Under the pieces are notes generated by a model. It searched no databases, was not told the origin of the DNA, and was given only the letters and a program-made list of their open reading frames with translations. Made by a program: the position numbers and the translations under genes. Below, piece by piece: positions 37,010 through 46,219 of a stretch of 64,000 bases of DNA; positions within the stretch are counted from its first letter, which is position 1, and each line of letters starts with the position of its first letter. This stretch comes from Caldilineaceae bacterium (GTDB taxonomy: Bacteria > Chloroflexota > Anaerolineae > Caldilineales > Caldilineaceae). Where the stretch lies: NCBI GenBank assembly GCA_022824685.1, contig JAJDZJ010000033.1, positions 2,522 to 66,521 on the forward strand, written 5' to 3'.

Positions 37010-38761
37010 ATGGGGAGCAGATCGATGTCCTTTACAACACGTCCGGTTTTCATGGGCCGCCATGGGGTCGTATCAGCTGGGCACTACCTGGCGGCGACGG
37101 CTGGCTCCCGCATGTTTGAGAAGGGTGGCAACGCGATCGATGCGGGCGTGGCAGCCGGATTCGCGCTCAACGTCCTGGAGCCGCATGCCAATGGCATTGG
37201 GGGCGAGGTCCCGATTCTCATCTACTGCGCGAAGCAGAGGCGGGTCTATGCGATAAACGGACAGGGATATGCGCCCAGGGCCGCCACGATTGCCTGGTTC
37301 CGCTCCCAGGGGATCGATATCATCCCGGGGGACGGTTTTCTGCCGGCGACTGTGCCGGGCGCGTTCGGTTCGTGGACTACGGCCCTGCAGCAGTTTGGGC
37401 GATTGCGGCTGCAGGACGTGCTGGAACCGACGATAGAAATGATGGAAGAAGGTTTTCCCGTGTACCCGGAGCTGCGCCGAGCGATCGCCCGGTTGCAGGG
37501 GAAGTTCGAGGACGAATGGCCGAGCTCGGCGCGCGTTTATCTTCCTAACGGACGGCCGCCGGAGGTGGGCGAGTTTCTGGCCAATCCCGACTGGGCGAAT
37601 ACGTTCAAGGCAACCGTTGACGCCGAAATCCGGAGCGGGCATTTGGGCAGAGAGGCGGCGATCGCCGCGGCCCGCGACTACTTCTACAAGGGCCCTGTCG
37701 GCGAAAAGATCGTGGCGTTCCAGCGCGATACGAAGGTGCTGGATGCCAGCGGACAGCGCAATGCCGGACTCCTGTCAGAAGCCGACTTCCGCGAGTATGT
37801 CACGAAAGTAGAGACGGCGGTCACGCTAAACTATCGCGGGTATGATGTGTACAAATGCAATACGTGGTGCCAGGGACCGGTCTTTTTGCAGCAGCTGGCG
37901 CTGCTGGAAGGATTCGACCTGGGTGGGCTGGGACACAACTCCGCTGAATATATCCACACTGTTATCGAGGCGTCCAAGCTAGCCTTTGCCGACCGTGAGC
38001 AGTACTACGGTGATCCGGACTTTGTCAAAGTTCCGCTGGACCGCCTGCTGTCAAAGGCGTATGCATCTGAGCGGCGGGCGCTGATCGATGCCGGCAGGGC
38101 GTCTCTGGCGCTGCGGCCTGGTGACGCCCCCGCGAGCGCGCCCGCCTATGCGGAAGCGGATCCAAACGTATACACGGGCGATACGACGCACGTTGACGCG
38201 GTTGACCGCGAGGGCAACCTGTTTGCGGCAACGCCCAGCGGCGGCTGGATCCCGTCGTCGCCGGTGATCGAGGGGCTGGGCTTCCCGCTGGGGACGCGGG
38301 GGCAGATGTTCTACCTGGATCCGAATCACGCCAATGCGCTGGCGCCGCGCAAGCGGCCGCGCACGACGCTTACGCCGTCACTGGCAATGAAGGACGGCAA
38401 GCCGTATATGGCTTTCGGCACACCGGGGGGCGACTGCCAGGACCAGTGGACGCTGCAGTTCTTCTTGAACGTGGTCGACTTCGGCATGAACCTGCAAGAG
38501 GCGATCGATGCACCCAGCTTCCACACGCACCACTTTCCCAACTCCTTCTATCCGCACAACGCAAAGCCGGGCAGCCTTACGCTGGAGGCGCGCATACCCG
38601 CATCTGTGCGAGAGGCGCTGAGCGAACGGGGACACGAGGTGACGGTGGGCGGAGAATGGAGCCACGGGAAGGTCCTTGCGATCACATTTGACCCTGCGAG
38701 CGGTCTGATCTCGGGCGGGGCCTCGCCGCGCGGGCAGATTGCCTATGCAATAGGGCGGTGA
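37010..38761 (+). CDS. Gamma-glutamyltransferase-family Ntn hydrolase
   Basis: GHYLAATAG, NAIDAGVAA, the nucleophile context GDTTHVDAVDREGN, and TPGG near the C-terminus. Confidence 0.85.
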   Translation: MGSRSMSFTTRPVFMGRHGVVSAGHYLAATAGSRMFEKGGNAIDAGVAAGFALNVLEPHANGIGGEVPILIYCAKQRRVYAINGQGYAPRAATIAWFRSQGIDIIPGDGFLPATVPGAFGSWTTALQQFGRLRLQDVLEPTIEMMEEGFPVYPELRRAIARLQGKFEDEWPSSARVYLPNGRPPEVGEFLANPDWANTFKATVDAEIRSGHLGREAAIAAARDYFYKGPVGEKIVAFQRDTKVLDASGQRNAGLLSEADFREYVTKVETAVTLNYRGYDVYKCNTWCQGPVFLQQLALLEGFDLGGLGHNSAEYIHTVIEASKLAFADREQYYGDPDFVKVPLDRLLSKAYASERRALIDAGRASLALRPGDAPASAPAYAEADPNVYTGDTTHVDAVDREGNLFAATPSGGWIPSSPVIEGLGFPLGTRGQMFYLDPNHANALAPRKRPRTTLTPSLAMKDGKPYMAFGTPGGDCQDQWTLQFFLNVVDFGMNLQEAIDAPSFHTHHFPNSFYPHNAKPGSLTLEARIPASVREALSERGHEVTVGGEWSHGKVLAITFDPASGLISGGASPRGQIAYAIGR

Positions 38762-38857
38762 ACGGCAGCAGCCCGTGGTCAGTGGAGAGTAGAAAGAAGA
38801 TCGCGGCCAATCATTACAGCGAACAATCAGTGGACAACAGATAGACGGAGGCGCAGA

Positions 38858-40495
38858 ATGCGATCGCCACACGGAGTTACCGCTTCGGCCTTTCGGCCGT
38901 CGGTAATGGGCAGGAACGGGATGGTTACTTCAGGGCACGCGCTCGCATCGCAGGCGGGGATTCGCACGCTGATGGGCGGAGGCAATGCAGTGGACGCGGC
39001 GATTGCGACGGCAGCCGCGCTGGGCGTGGTCGAGCCGGCCGGTTCCGGCGTGGGCGGCGACGGCTTTATTCTGATCCATTGGGCGGAGACCGGGGAGGTC
39101 AGCGCGGTGAACGCGACGGGACCCGCTCCTGCCGCCGCCACGCGCGAACGCTATCTGCAGGATGGCGGCATCCCGATGAAGGGGATTCGCAGCGTATCGG
39201 TGCCGGGGCTGGTTGATGGGTGGCTGCTGGCGCATGAACGTTACGGTGGTCTGCCGCTGGAGGAGGTATTTCGTCCCGCGATTTCGCTGTGTGAAGACGG
39301 ATTCCCGGTCAGCCATCTACTGGCAGGCGCCATGCAGGGGGAGCGCGAGCGTTTCGCGTCCGACCCGCACACGCGGGCCATCTATACAAACGACGGCGCC
39401 CCGATCGCGGCGGGCGGGATTCTCTGCAACGCGAACCTGGGCGAGACACTGCGCCGGATCGCCCAGGACGGCAGAAAGAGCTTCTATGAGGGCGAAATCG
39501 CCAGGGAGATCGCTGCCTTCAGCCGGGCGCGCGACGGCTTGCTGACCGAGGACGACCTTGGCAACTTCCACGCCCACTGGGCCGAGCCGATCCACGTCAA
39601 CTATCGCGGCTACGAGGTCTACGAGATGCCGCCGAATTCAAGCGGGCATATCCTGTTGCAGGAACTGAACATCGTGGAGCTGTTCGATCTGCAACGTTCA
39701 GGATGCAATACAGCCGAAACTATCCATCTGATGGTTGAGGCGAAGAAGCTTGCTTTCGCCGACCGGGAGAAGTTTATGGCCGACCCGGAGTGGGTCGATA
39801 TTCCGCTGGCGGGCATGTTGTCGAAAGAGTATGCGGCTGAGCAGGCCGAGCGGATCGACATGGAGCGGGCGGCGTATGACGTGCCGGCAGGGGCGCCGGA
39901 ATCGCACGAAGACACGACCTGCTTCTGTACGGCGGACCGTGCGGGCAATCTGGTCTGTATACTGCAGAGCATTCAGTCGGGTTTCGGGTCCAGCTTGATC
40001 GCGGGCGGGACTGGCATCCTGTTGAACAACCGGATGACATACTGGCACCTGGAGGAGGGGCATCCGAACTGCCTGATGCCGGGCAAGCGGGTGCGGCATA
40101 CGATGAACCCGGTGATCATAACGAAGGATGGAAGGCCGGTCTTGACGTGTGGGACGCCGGGCGCGGATACCCAGGTGCAGACGAACCTGCAGCTGGTGAC
40201 GCATATGCTTGATTTCGGCATGACGCCGCAGGAGGCGGTCTCGGCGCCGCGCTGGCGTAGTCTGCAGAACCCGATGGAGTCGACGATCCCGCACGTCTGC
40301 AGCGACAACCTGCAGTTGGAGGACCGCTTTGCGGCAGAAGTGCAGGAGGGGCTGGCGCATAAAGGGCACGAACTCGAAATGGTCGGAGACTGGGGCGGCC
40401 CAGGCAGCGCGCAGGCGATCATGGTCCATCCGGAATCAGGCACCTTGATCGGTGGCTCGGACCCGCGGCGGGACGGCTATGCAGTCGGCTATTAG
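38858..40495 (+). CDS. Gamma-glutamyltransferase-family Ntn hydrolase (tandem paralogue)
   Basis: GNAVDAAIATAAALGVVEP, HEDTTCFCTADRAGN and GTPGADTQ. Confidence 0.85.
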   Translation: MRSPHGVTASAFRPSVMGRNGMVTSGHALASQAGIRTLMGGGNAVDAAIATAAALGVVEPAGSGVGGDGFILIHWAETGEVSAVNATGPAPAAATRERYLQDGGIPMKGIRSVSVPGLVDGWLLAHERYGGLPLEEVFRPAISLCEDGFPVSHLLAGAMQGERERFASDPHTRAIYTNDGAPIAAGGILCNANLGETLRRIAQDGRKSFYEGEIAREIAAFSRARDGLLTEDDLGNFHAHWAEPIHVNYRGYEVYEMPPNSSGHILLQELNIVELFDLQRSGCNTAETIHLMVEAKKLAFADREKFMADPEWVDIPLAGMLSKEYAAEQAERIDMERAAYDVPAGAPESHEDTTCFCTADRAGNLVCILQSIQSGFGSSLIAGGTGILLNNRMTYWHLEEGHPNCLMPGKRVRHTMNPVIITKDGRPVLTCGTPGADTQVQTNLQLVTHMLDFGMTPQEAVSAPRWRSLQNPMESTIPHVCSDNLQLEDRFAAEVQEGLAHKGHELEMVGDWGGPGSAQAIMVHPESGTLIGGSDPRRDGYAVGY

Positions 40496-40548
40496 GGACG
40501 CGTTGCAGGCGTGCGCACGCATCTTCTTGAACACAAGGTAAACAGGTT

Positions 40549-41973
40549 ATGCCGTCTCCCAACATACTTTTCTTGATGACGGACCAGATGCAGGGTCGCG
40601 TGTTGGAGCCGGACAACCCGTGCCAGACCCCGAACCTGGACAGGCTGGCGGCCAGGGGCGTGCGTTTTCGAAGGGCGTATACGCCGAACGCGGTGTGTTC
40701 GCCGGCGCGTGCGAGCCTGATGACCGGTCTGCTGCCCCACAACCACGGTGTCCTCTATGTTGTACACACGGTTGATGACGATCAGGCGGCATTGCGCACG
40801 CAACATCCGCACTGGGCGGAGCGGCTGACGGAGGCCGGATACCGCACCGGCTACTTTGGCAAGTGGCATGTGGAACGTTCGAATGAACTGGCCCAGTTTG
40901 GCTGGCAGCAGCAGGGCGAACTGGGCGGCTACCCGCACTGGAACGATGTTAATTTCTCATTGGAGCGCTATCTGGACAGCCCGTCCGGTTATATGCCCAA
41001 CCGCTTTTACGGCGTCTGTGATCAACCGGCCAGCGCACGTCCGATGGGGAAGAAGACCGATGCGGCGCTCGCGTTTCTGGAATCGGCTGTGGATGGCGTT
41101 ACGCCGTGGTGCTGTTTTGTCAGTTTCACCGAGCCGCACGACCCTTTCTACTGCCACGAGGACGCGTTCGCGCAGTATGACGTGGACTCGATTCCGCTGC
41201 AGCCGAACGTCCATAACAGTTTGGAGGGCCAGCCGAATCTCTACAAGCGGACGGCGCAGGTGTGGAGCGACTGGACGGACCGGGAACATCGGGAGGCTGC
41301 GGCCTGCTACTATGCCTCGATCAGCGAGATCGACGAGCAGTTCGGGCGTCTGCTGGACCGGGTGGAGCGCGCCGGGCAGCTTGAGAACACGATCGTCGTG
41401 CTGACATCGGATCACGGCGATCTTCTGGGCGCGCACGGGTTGTATTGCAAGAATGTCGGCGCGTTTGAAGAGGCGTATAACATCCCCATGATTGTGGCTG
41501 GGCCGGGCGTAGCCGACGCGGCGGTGAGCGACGCACGCGTGGGGCTGCAGGATGTGGGTGAGACGCTCCTGGAAATGGTCGGGGCGCAGCCGCTGGGCGA
41601 GATCGACGGCCGGTCATTTGCCCCTGTTCTGGCCAGACCGCATGAGACGGCGGACTACCAGGAGGGTTTCGCCGAATACTATGGCGGGCGGTATATCGTC
41701 AGCCAGCGCTTGCTGTGGGAAGGGGACTGGAAGTTCGTCCACAACGGCTTTGATTATGACGAGCTCTACAATCTGGCTGAAGATCCCTACGAGATGAACA
41801 ACCTGGCGCAGAATCCGGCACATGCCCACAAGACGGAAGAAATGACGAGGCGAATGTGGCAGATCGTGGTTGAATCCGGGGATCACAGTCTTTACAATAC
41901 GCACTATCCCACAATGCGGATCGCAACCGGCGGACCGAATGACAGTGGTCAGTGGTCACCTGTCAGAGGTTAA
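40549..41973 (+). CDS. Cys-type sulfatase (formylglycine-dependent)
   Basis: NILFLMTDQ, VCSPARASLMTG (canonical CxPxRxxxxTG) and TSDHGDLLGAHG. Confidence 0.88.
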   Translation: MPSPNILFLMTDQMQGRVLEPDNPCQTPNLDRLAARGVRFRRAYTPNAVCSPARASLMTGLLPHNHGVLYVVHTVDDDQAALRTQHPHWAERLTEAGYRTGYFGKWHVERSNELAQFGWQQQGELGGYPHWNDVNFSLERYLDSPSGYMPNRFYGVCDQPASARPMGKKTDAALAFLESAVDGVTPWCCFVSFTEPHDPFYCHEDAFAQYDVDSIPLQPNVHNSLEGQPNLYKRTAQVWSDWTDREHREAAACYYASISEIDEQFGRLLDRVERAGQLENTIVVLTSDHGDLLGAHGLYCKNVGAFEEAYNIPMIVAGPGVADAAVSDARVGLQDVGETLLEMVGAQPLGEIDGRSFAPVLARPHETADYQEGFAEYYGGRYIVSQRLLWEGDWKFVHNGFDYDELYNLAEDPYEMNNLAQNPAHAHKTEEMTRRMWQIVVESGDHSLYNTHYPTMRIATGGPNDSGQWSPVRG

Positions 41974-42094
41974 CGTCTCGTTGTAGCTGGCGGCGTGTGG
42001 TGGAAAGAGAGACCCTTGGGACTGCGACCCTCTGGGATGGCAGCGGGTGGGAGCCCGGTTGGCGCTGGGGCCCGGCAGGCGTCAGGGGGGCGTT

Positions 42095-42135
42095 GCGGGG
42101 GGAATCCCCCCGCACAAGGGAGCCCGCTTGCGGGC
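42095..42135 (+). terminator. Two GC-rich hairpins after the sulfatase gene (terminator candidates, no U-tract)
   Basis: gcgggggg-aat-ccccccgc (42095-42113) and gcccgc-tt-gcgggc (42122-42135). Confidence 0.3.
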
Positions 42136-42199
42136 GGCCGCCCCAGAAGAAGAACGAAAAGAGAGTGACTTGGAACAGGGAGAGAAGGCAAGGGTGGAA

Positions 42200-42964
42200 A
42201 TGAAACAGGCATTGACGGTGGAACAGGTAGATTTCTTTCGGGACAATGGGTACCTGGTGTTGCGCGACATACTGGATCCGGATTTGATGGCGCAGACACG
42301 GGACGCTTGGTGGGATGCGGCGCCGAAGACGTTGAAACGTGACGACCCGGATTCGTGGGTGGGCGCGTTTGCGGACTCACGCTTTACGTGGAAGTACCGT
42401 GACCGTAGTTTTGAGCCGTGGATGGTCGAGCTGCTTTATGGCAATCCAGAGCTACAGGCGGTCGCAAAGCAGCTGCTCGGTCCTGAGCTGAAGGTTCCAG
42501 AGCGAATTCGCGGCATCTACTGTGTATTCCCGGATACGGACAAGGCGCCGAGGCCAGCTCATTTTCACGTTGACGCGCACGCATTCCATTTGGGCGTGGT
42601 GGGCTATGTTGGCGATGTACCGCCCGACGGCGGGGGGTTCACGGTCTGGCCCGGCAGCCACAAGCACTTTTATCGTTCGTTCAAAACAGCCTATACGTTC
42701 AACCCGCTGGTCAGTAAAGAGGAGCTGCATGACACGGAGGCGTGGCAGACAGTTCAGCAGATCGACCCAGTGCACACATACGGTTCCGCCGGTGATGTTG
42801 TACTTTGGCATCACCGTATGGGGCATGGCGCAGGCCACAACCGGTCGAGCCAGGTGCGACAGGCGGTCTTGTACGACTTCTGCCGGGCCGATCTGGATGC
42901 TGTTCAGGATGAGCCGCCGCCGGCCGACATGTGGCGGGACTGGCCGGGGATCAACGGAGGATAG
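42200..42964 (+). CDS. Phytanoyl-CoA dioxygenase (PhyH) family oxygenase
   Basis: LTVEQVDFFRDNGYLVLRDIL, HFHVD..., WPGSHK and WHHRMGH. The internal ATG at 42200 is preferred. Confidence 0.75.
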   Translation: MKQALTVEQVDFFRDNGYLVLRDILDPDLMAQTRDAWWDAAPKTLKRDDPDSWVGAFADSRFTWKYRDRSFEPWMVELLYGNPELQAVAKQLLGPELKVPERIRGIYCVFPDTDKAPRPAHFHVDAHAFHLGVVGYVGDVPPDGGGFTVWPGSHKHFYRSFKTAYTFNPLVSKEELHDTEAWQTVQQIDPVHTYGSAGDVVLWHHRMGHGAGHNRSSQVRQAVLYDFCRADLDAVQDEPPPADMWRDWPGINGG

Positions 42965-42976
42965 GGCAGACAGACG

Positions 42977-44113
42977 ATGAGAATCAGTGACATCAAGACC
43001 TACTTAATGCACGCCGGTGTACCGGGCGGTGGATGGACGAAGCGAAACTGGCTGTTCGTCAAGGTATTCACCGATGAGGGGATTTACGGCGTCGGCGAGG
43101 CATCCGGTTGGCCGCGAGTGGTGGAGACGGCAGTTCAGGATCTGCGCGAGATCCTGATTGGCGAGGATCCGTTTCTGATCGAGCGCATCTGGCAGAAGAT
43201 GTATCTGGCGATGATGGGTCATGGAATGACCGGAATTGTTGGCGGGGGCGCGCTGACCGGCATCGAGATGGCGCTGTGGGACATCAAGGGGAAGGCGCTG
43301 GGCGTGCCGGTGTGGAATCTGCTGGGCGGCAAGATCCGGGACCGCATCCGGCTCTATGCGCACGCGCAGACGGCGGAAAGAGCGCAGGAGCTGGTGGAAC
43401 GGGGCTTCAGCGGCCTCAAAACAGGAGGCGTTGTGAACCCGATCGCCAAGATCCGCTCCTTGCGCGAAGCGGTCGGATCGGAGATCGATCTGATGGCCGA
43501 CGTGCACGGGCCGCCGTGGTTCAGCGTGCGGGACGCCATTCGCGTTGGCCAGGCGCTGGAGGAGTTCGACCTGCTTTTCTATGAGGATCCGGTGCCGCCC
43601 GAGCATATCGAGAACCTGGCCAAAGTTGCCCGTCATGTCAATCTGCCAATCGCGGCAGGCGAGCGCCACTCGCACATCTACGGTGTGCGGGAGTTGATCG
43701 AGCGGGAGATTGTAGACGTGATCCAGCCGGATACAGGGCGGGCCGGGGGCCTGATGCAGATGAAGAAGATGGCGGCGATGGCGGAAGCCCACGGGATTGG
43801 GTTTGCGCCGCACGACGGCTCATTGGGGCCGGTGGCGGAGATGGCCGCTGTCCATCTGTTGGCCACCTTGCCGAACTTCCTGATCCTGGAACATCTGGAG
43901 GACGATGCGCCGCAGAGGTATGAGGTGATGCAGCCGCAGCCGGAGATCGTTGACGGCGCGATCATCGTGCCGGACGGTCCGGGACTGGGGGTGGATATCG
44001 TGGAAGAGGCGATCGCCCACTATCCTTCCACGGGCAACGTGGCCACGCCGCAGCAGGAGGAGTATGTTTACTTTCAGGCGAAGTACGGCCGGGCCAAGTG
44101 GTTGGAACAGTAG
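42977..44113 (+). CDS. Enolase-superfamily (mandelate racemase/muconate lactonizing) acid-sugar dehydratase, galactonate-dehydratase-like
   Basis: MRISDIKTY...NWLFVKVFTDEGIYGVGEAS, DVHG, YEDP and AAGE motifs. Confidence 0.8.
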   Translation: MRISDIKTYLMHAGVPGGGWTKRNWLFVKVFTDEGIYGVGEASGWPRVVETAVQDLREILIGEDPFLIERIWQKMYLAMMGHGMTGIVGGGALTGIEMALWDIKGKALGVPVWNLLGGKIRDRIRLYAHAQTAERAQELVERGFSGLKTGGVVNPIAKIRSLREAVGSEIDLMADVHGPPWFSVRDAIRVGQALEEFDLLFYEDPVPPEHIENLAKVARHVNLPIAAGERHSHIYGVRELIEREIVDVIQPDTGRAGGLMQMKKMAAMAEAHGIGFAPHDGSLGPVAEMAAVHLLATLPNFLILEHLEDDAPQRYEVMQPQPEIVDGAIIVPDGPGLGVDIVEEAIAHYPSTGNVATPQQEEYVYFQAKYGRAKWLEQ

Positions 44114-44175
44114 GCAGTGGCGCCGGACAGGAGCGATTGACCACAGGCCTGGCGGGCAGGCGGACGAGGAGAGGG

Positions 44176-44907
44176 ATGACTACGCAATCAGTGCGGCCCC
44201 ATCGGATTTCAGAGGAGGCCAAGGAGAAGCTGCGTTCGGTTTCGACGGCCACCCTCACCAGCCAGTTGCAGAAACATGGGTTGCGCAACACATTTTTGGC
44301 GGGGCTGACGCCGTTGCGGCCCGACCTGCGCATGGTGGGATACGCCTTCACGCTGCGCTACATTCCGGCGCGCGAAGACCTGGCGGATGAGCGGTACGAC
44401 AACACGAAGAATGTGCAGAGGTTGGCGGTGGAGGCTGTCGGCCCGGAAGATGTCCTCGTCGTTGATGCCCGCGGGGAGGTGGGCGCGGCCTCTCTCGGCC
44501 ACATTCTGGGGACGCGCATCACGCAGCGGGGCGCGGCGGGGTTCGTCACCGACGGCGCGCTGCGAGATACGCCGGCCTTTCGAAGCCTGGAGCTGCCGGC
44601 CTACATCGGAGCGGCTCACGCCGCGACGTCATTTGTCGTCCATCACCCAGTCGAAATGCAGGTTCCTATCGGTTGCGCAGGTGTGGCTGTGATGCCGGGG
44701 GATCTACTCGTAGGCGACGCCGAGGGCGTGGTGATCATACCGGCCCATCTGGCGGAGGAGGTTGCCCGCGGCGCGTACGATCAGGAGGTCCGGGAGACTT
44801 TCTTCCTGGAAAAGGTGGGCGGCGGCGCGAGCATCGTCGGCGTCTATCCGCCCAACGACGAGACGCTGGCAGAGTTCGAGAAATGGCGTCGCGAGAGGGG
44901 CGTTTAA
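44176..44907 (+). CDS. RraA-family protein (class II 4-hydroxy-2-oxoacid aldolase type)
   Basis: VSTATLTSQLQKHG, GEVGAASLGHILGTRITQRGAAGFVTDGALRD. The ATG at 44176 is preferred. Confidence 0.75.
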   Translation: MTTQSVRPHRISEEAKEKLRSVSTATLTSQLQKHGLRNTFLAGLTPLRPDLRMVGYAFTLRYIPAREDLADERYDNTKNVQRLAVEAVGPEDVLVVDARGEVGAASLGHILGTRITQRGAAGFVTDGALRDTPAFRSLELPAYIGAAHAATSFVVHHPVEMQVPIGCAGVAVMPGDLLVGDAEGVVIIPAHLAEEVARGAYDQEVRETFFLEKVGGGASIVGVYPPNDETLAEFEKWRRERGV

Positions 44908-45000
44908 CATACCGCGTACGATTCGGGGCGTGTATGGCCCTCACGCGGCTTCCCGCGGCAAGTGCCGATTGCCTGTGAATGGCAGACAGGACAGGAGGCG

Positions 45001-45357
45001 TTAGTCCCCCTGCTTTGCCCGCAGCTCCGCCTCCAACTCGCGAATCCGGGTGGTATTGGCGTGTTGCCTTCCCCGCCCAAGATAGTTGGCGATGACGTTG
45101 GCCAATATTGCGATAACCATAACCACGATTATTTCGTTGAACAGCCCCCTGCGTTGATCCTGGTCGGCTGCAAACGTCGCGATTAAGTCTTCATCCACCT
45201 GATCACTTTCTTGCGCGAGTTCCTCAAGCGCCAACGTGATCCCGGTCGAGCTGGCCAGTAGCCTTGGCCCCTCAGTGACCATCTGGCTCAAGGCATATAA
45301 CATCGCCACAATCGTAATCGCGTTGAAGACCACGGGCTGTAAGAGTTTGCCGTTCAT
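45001..45357 (-). CDS. Unrecognised 118-aa two-TM protein, paralogue A
   Basis: ATG with a purine-rich RBS. Two hydrophobic helices. The conserved tail ILANVIANYLGRGR..NTTRIRELEAELRA is shared with 45644-46000. Confidence 0.6.
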   Translation of the reverse strand: MNGKLLQPVVFNAITIVAMLYALSQMVTEGPRLLASSTGITLALEELAQESDQVDEDLIATFAADQDQRRGLFNEIIVVMVIAILANVIANYLGRGRQHANTTRIRELEAELRAKQGD

Positions 45358-45643
45358 TCTCCATCCTCTCTGTCCAAGCGTACCGAATTGATCTCACGTT
45401 CTAAGGTAACGCATCTGCCTGTCAATTGACAATTTGCCGCCGCCTGCCAAACTGACATGCAGTTCGGGATGCCAAAAGCCCGGGCTGTTTGCCCGCGCAG
45501 GAGGAAGGGCTTGCCATAGGCGCCGGCGCAGACTCCGGGACGCATTCTCCATTGACCAAAACGTCAGGACCGCTTCTGACCAAAAAAGCAAGGGCCAGCA
45601 AACGTCGCCACAGGTCTGGGACTGCCTTGGGAGATCGGCGGCG

Positions 45644-46000
45644 CTATTCTCCTCGCAGCGCGCGCAGTTCTGCCTCCAGTTCACGAATCCTGGCGGTGTT
45701 CGTGAAGTGTCTGCCCCTGCCGAGATAGTTGGCGACAACATTGGCCAGGATCGCGATCAGCATGGTGACGATGAGATAGTTATCTAACCGTCCGCGCATC
45801 GCCTGGTCGGCCGAGAGGCCCCGGACAATCGTTTCGTCGTCGAGAACGCCTTCGGCAACAAACTCTTCGAGAACCTGGATTGCCTCAGAGGTTCTGACCA
45901 GGCGCCCCGAAGCGCCCGTCACGATCTGGAACAGAGAAAATAACAACGCCACAATCGTTATGATGTTGTAAACCACGGGTTGGAGCATGGTGTCTTTCAC
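45644..46000 (-). CDS. Unrecognised 118-aa two-TM protein, paralogue B
   Basis: GTG start with GAGGAG 8 nt upstream. Colinear with 45001-45357 over its full length. Confidence 0.6.
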   Translation of the reverse strand: MKDTMLQPVVYNIITIVALLFSLFQIVTGASGRLVRTSEAIQVLEEFVAEGVLDDETIVRGLSADQAMRGRLDNYLIVTMLIAILANVVANYLGRGRHFTNTARIRELEAELRALRGE

Positions 46001-46219
46001 GTTGCGTTCTCCTCATGATGGCACTCCAGCCTTACTGTAACCAAGTATGAATCTGGGGCAGAAAATTGCGCTCTTGTCTTTGGGACAATGGAATTGATTT
46101 GGCGGTGAAGTCGTTGCGTTGGTTAAGCGTCCGGTTGCAGAAGAATACATTGCGGTCCTCTTCCAACCAGAATATCGCCGAAGGGACGTCCAGCCAAGCT
46201 TGACGGGCTCTTCGGTGAG

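Noticed and set aside
42095-42113. GGGGGGAATCCCCCC palindrome as a REP/MITE-like repeated element
   Set aside because: I found only this single copy in the window. It is better explained as a local hairpin after the sulfatase gene.
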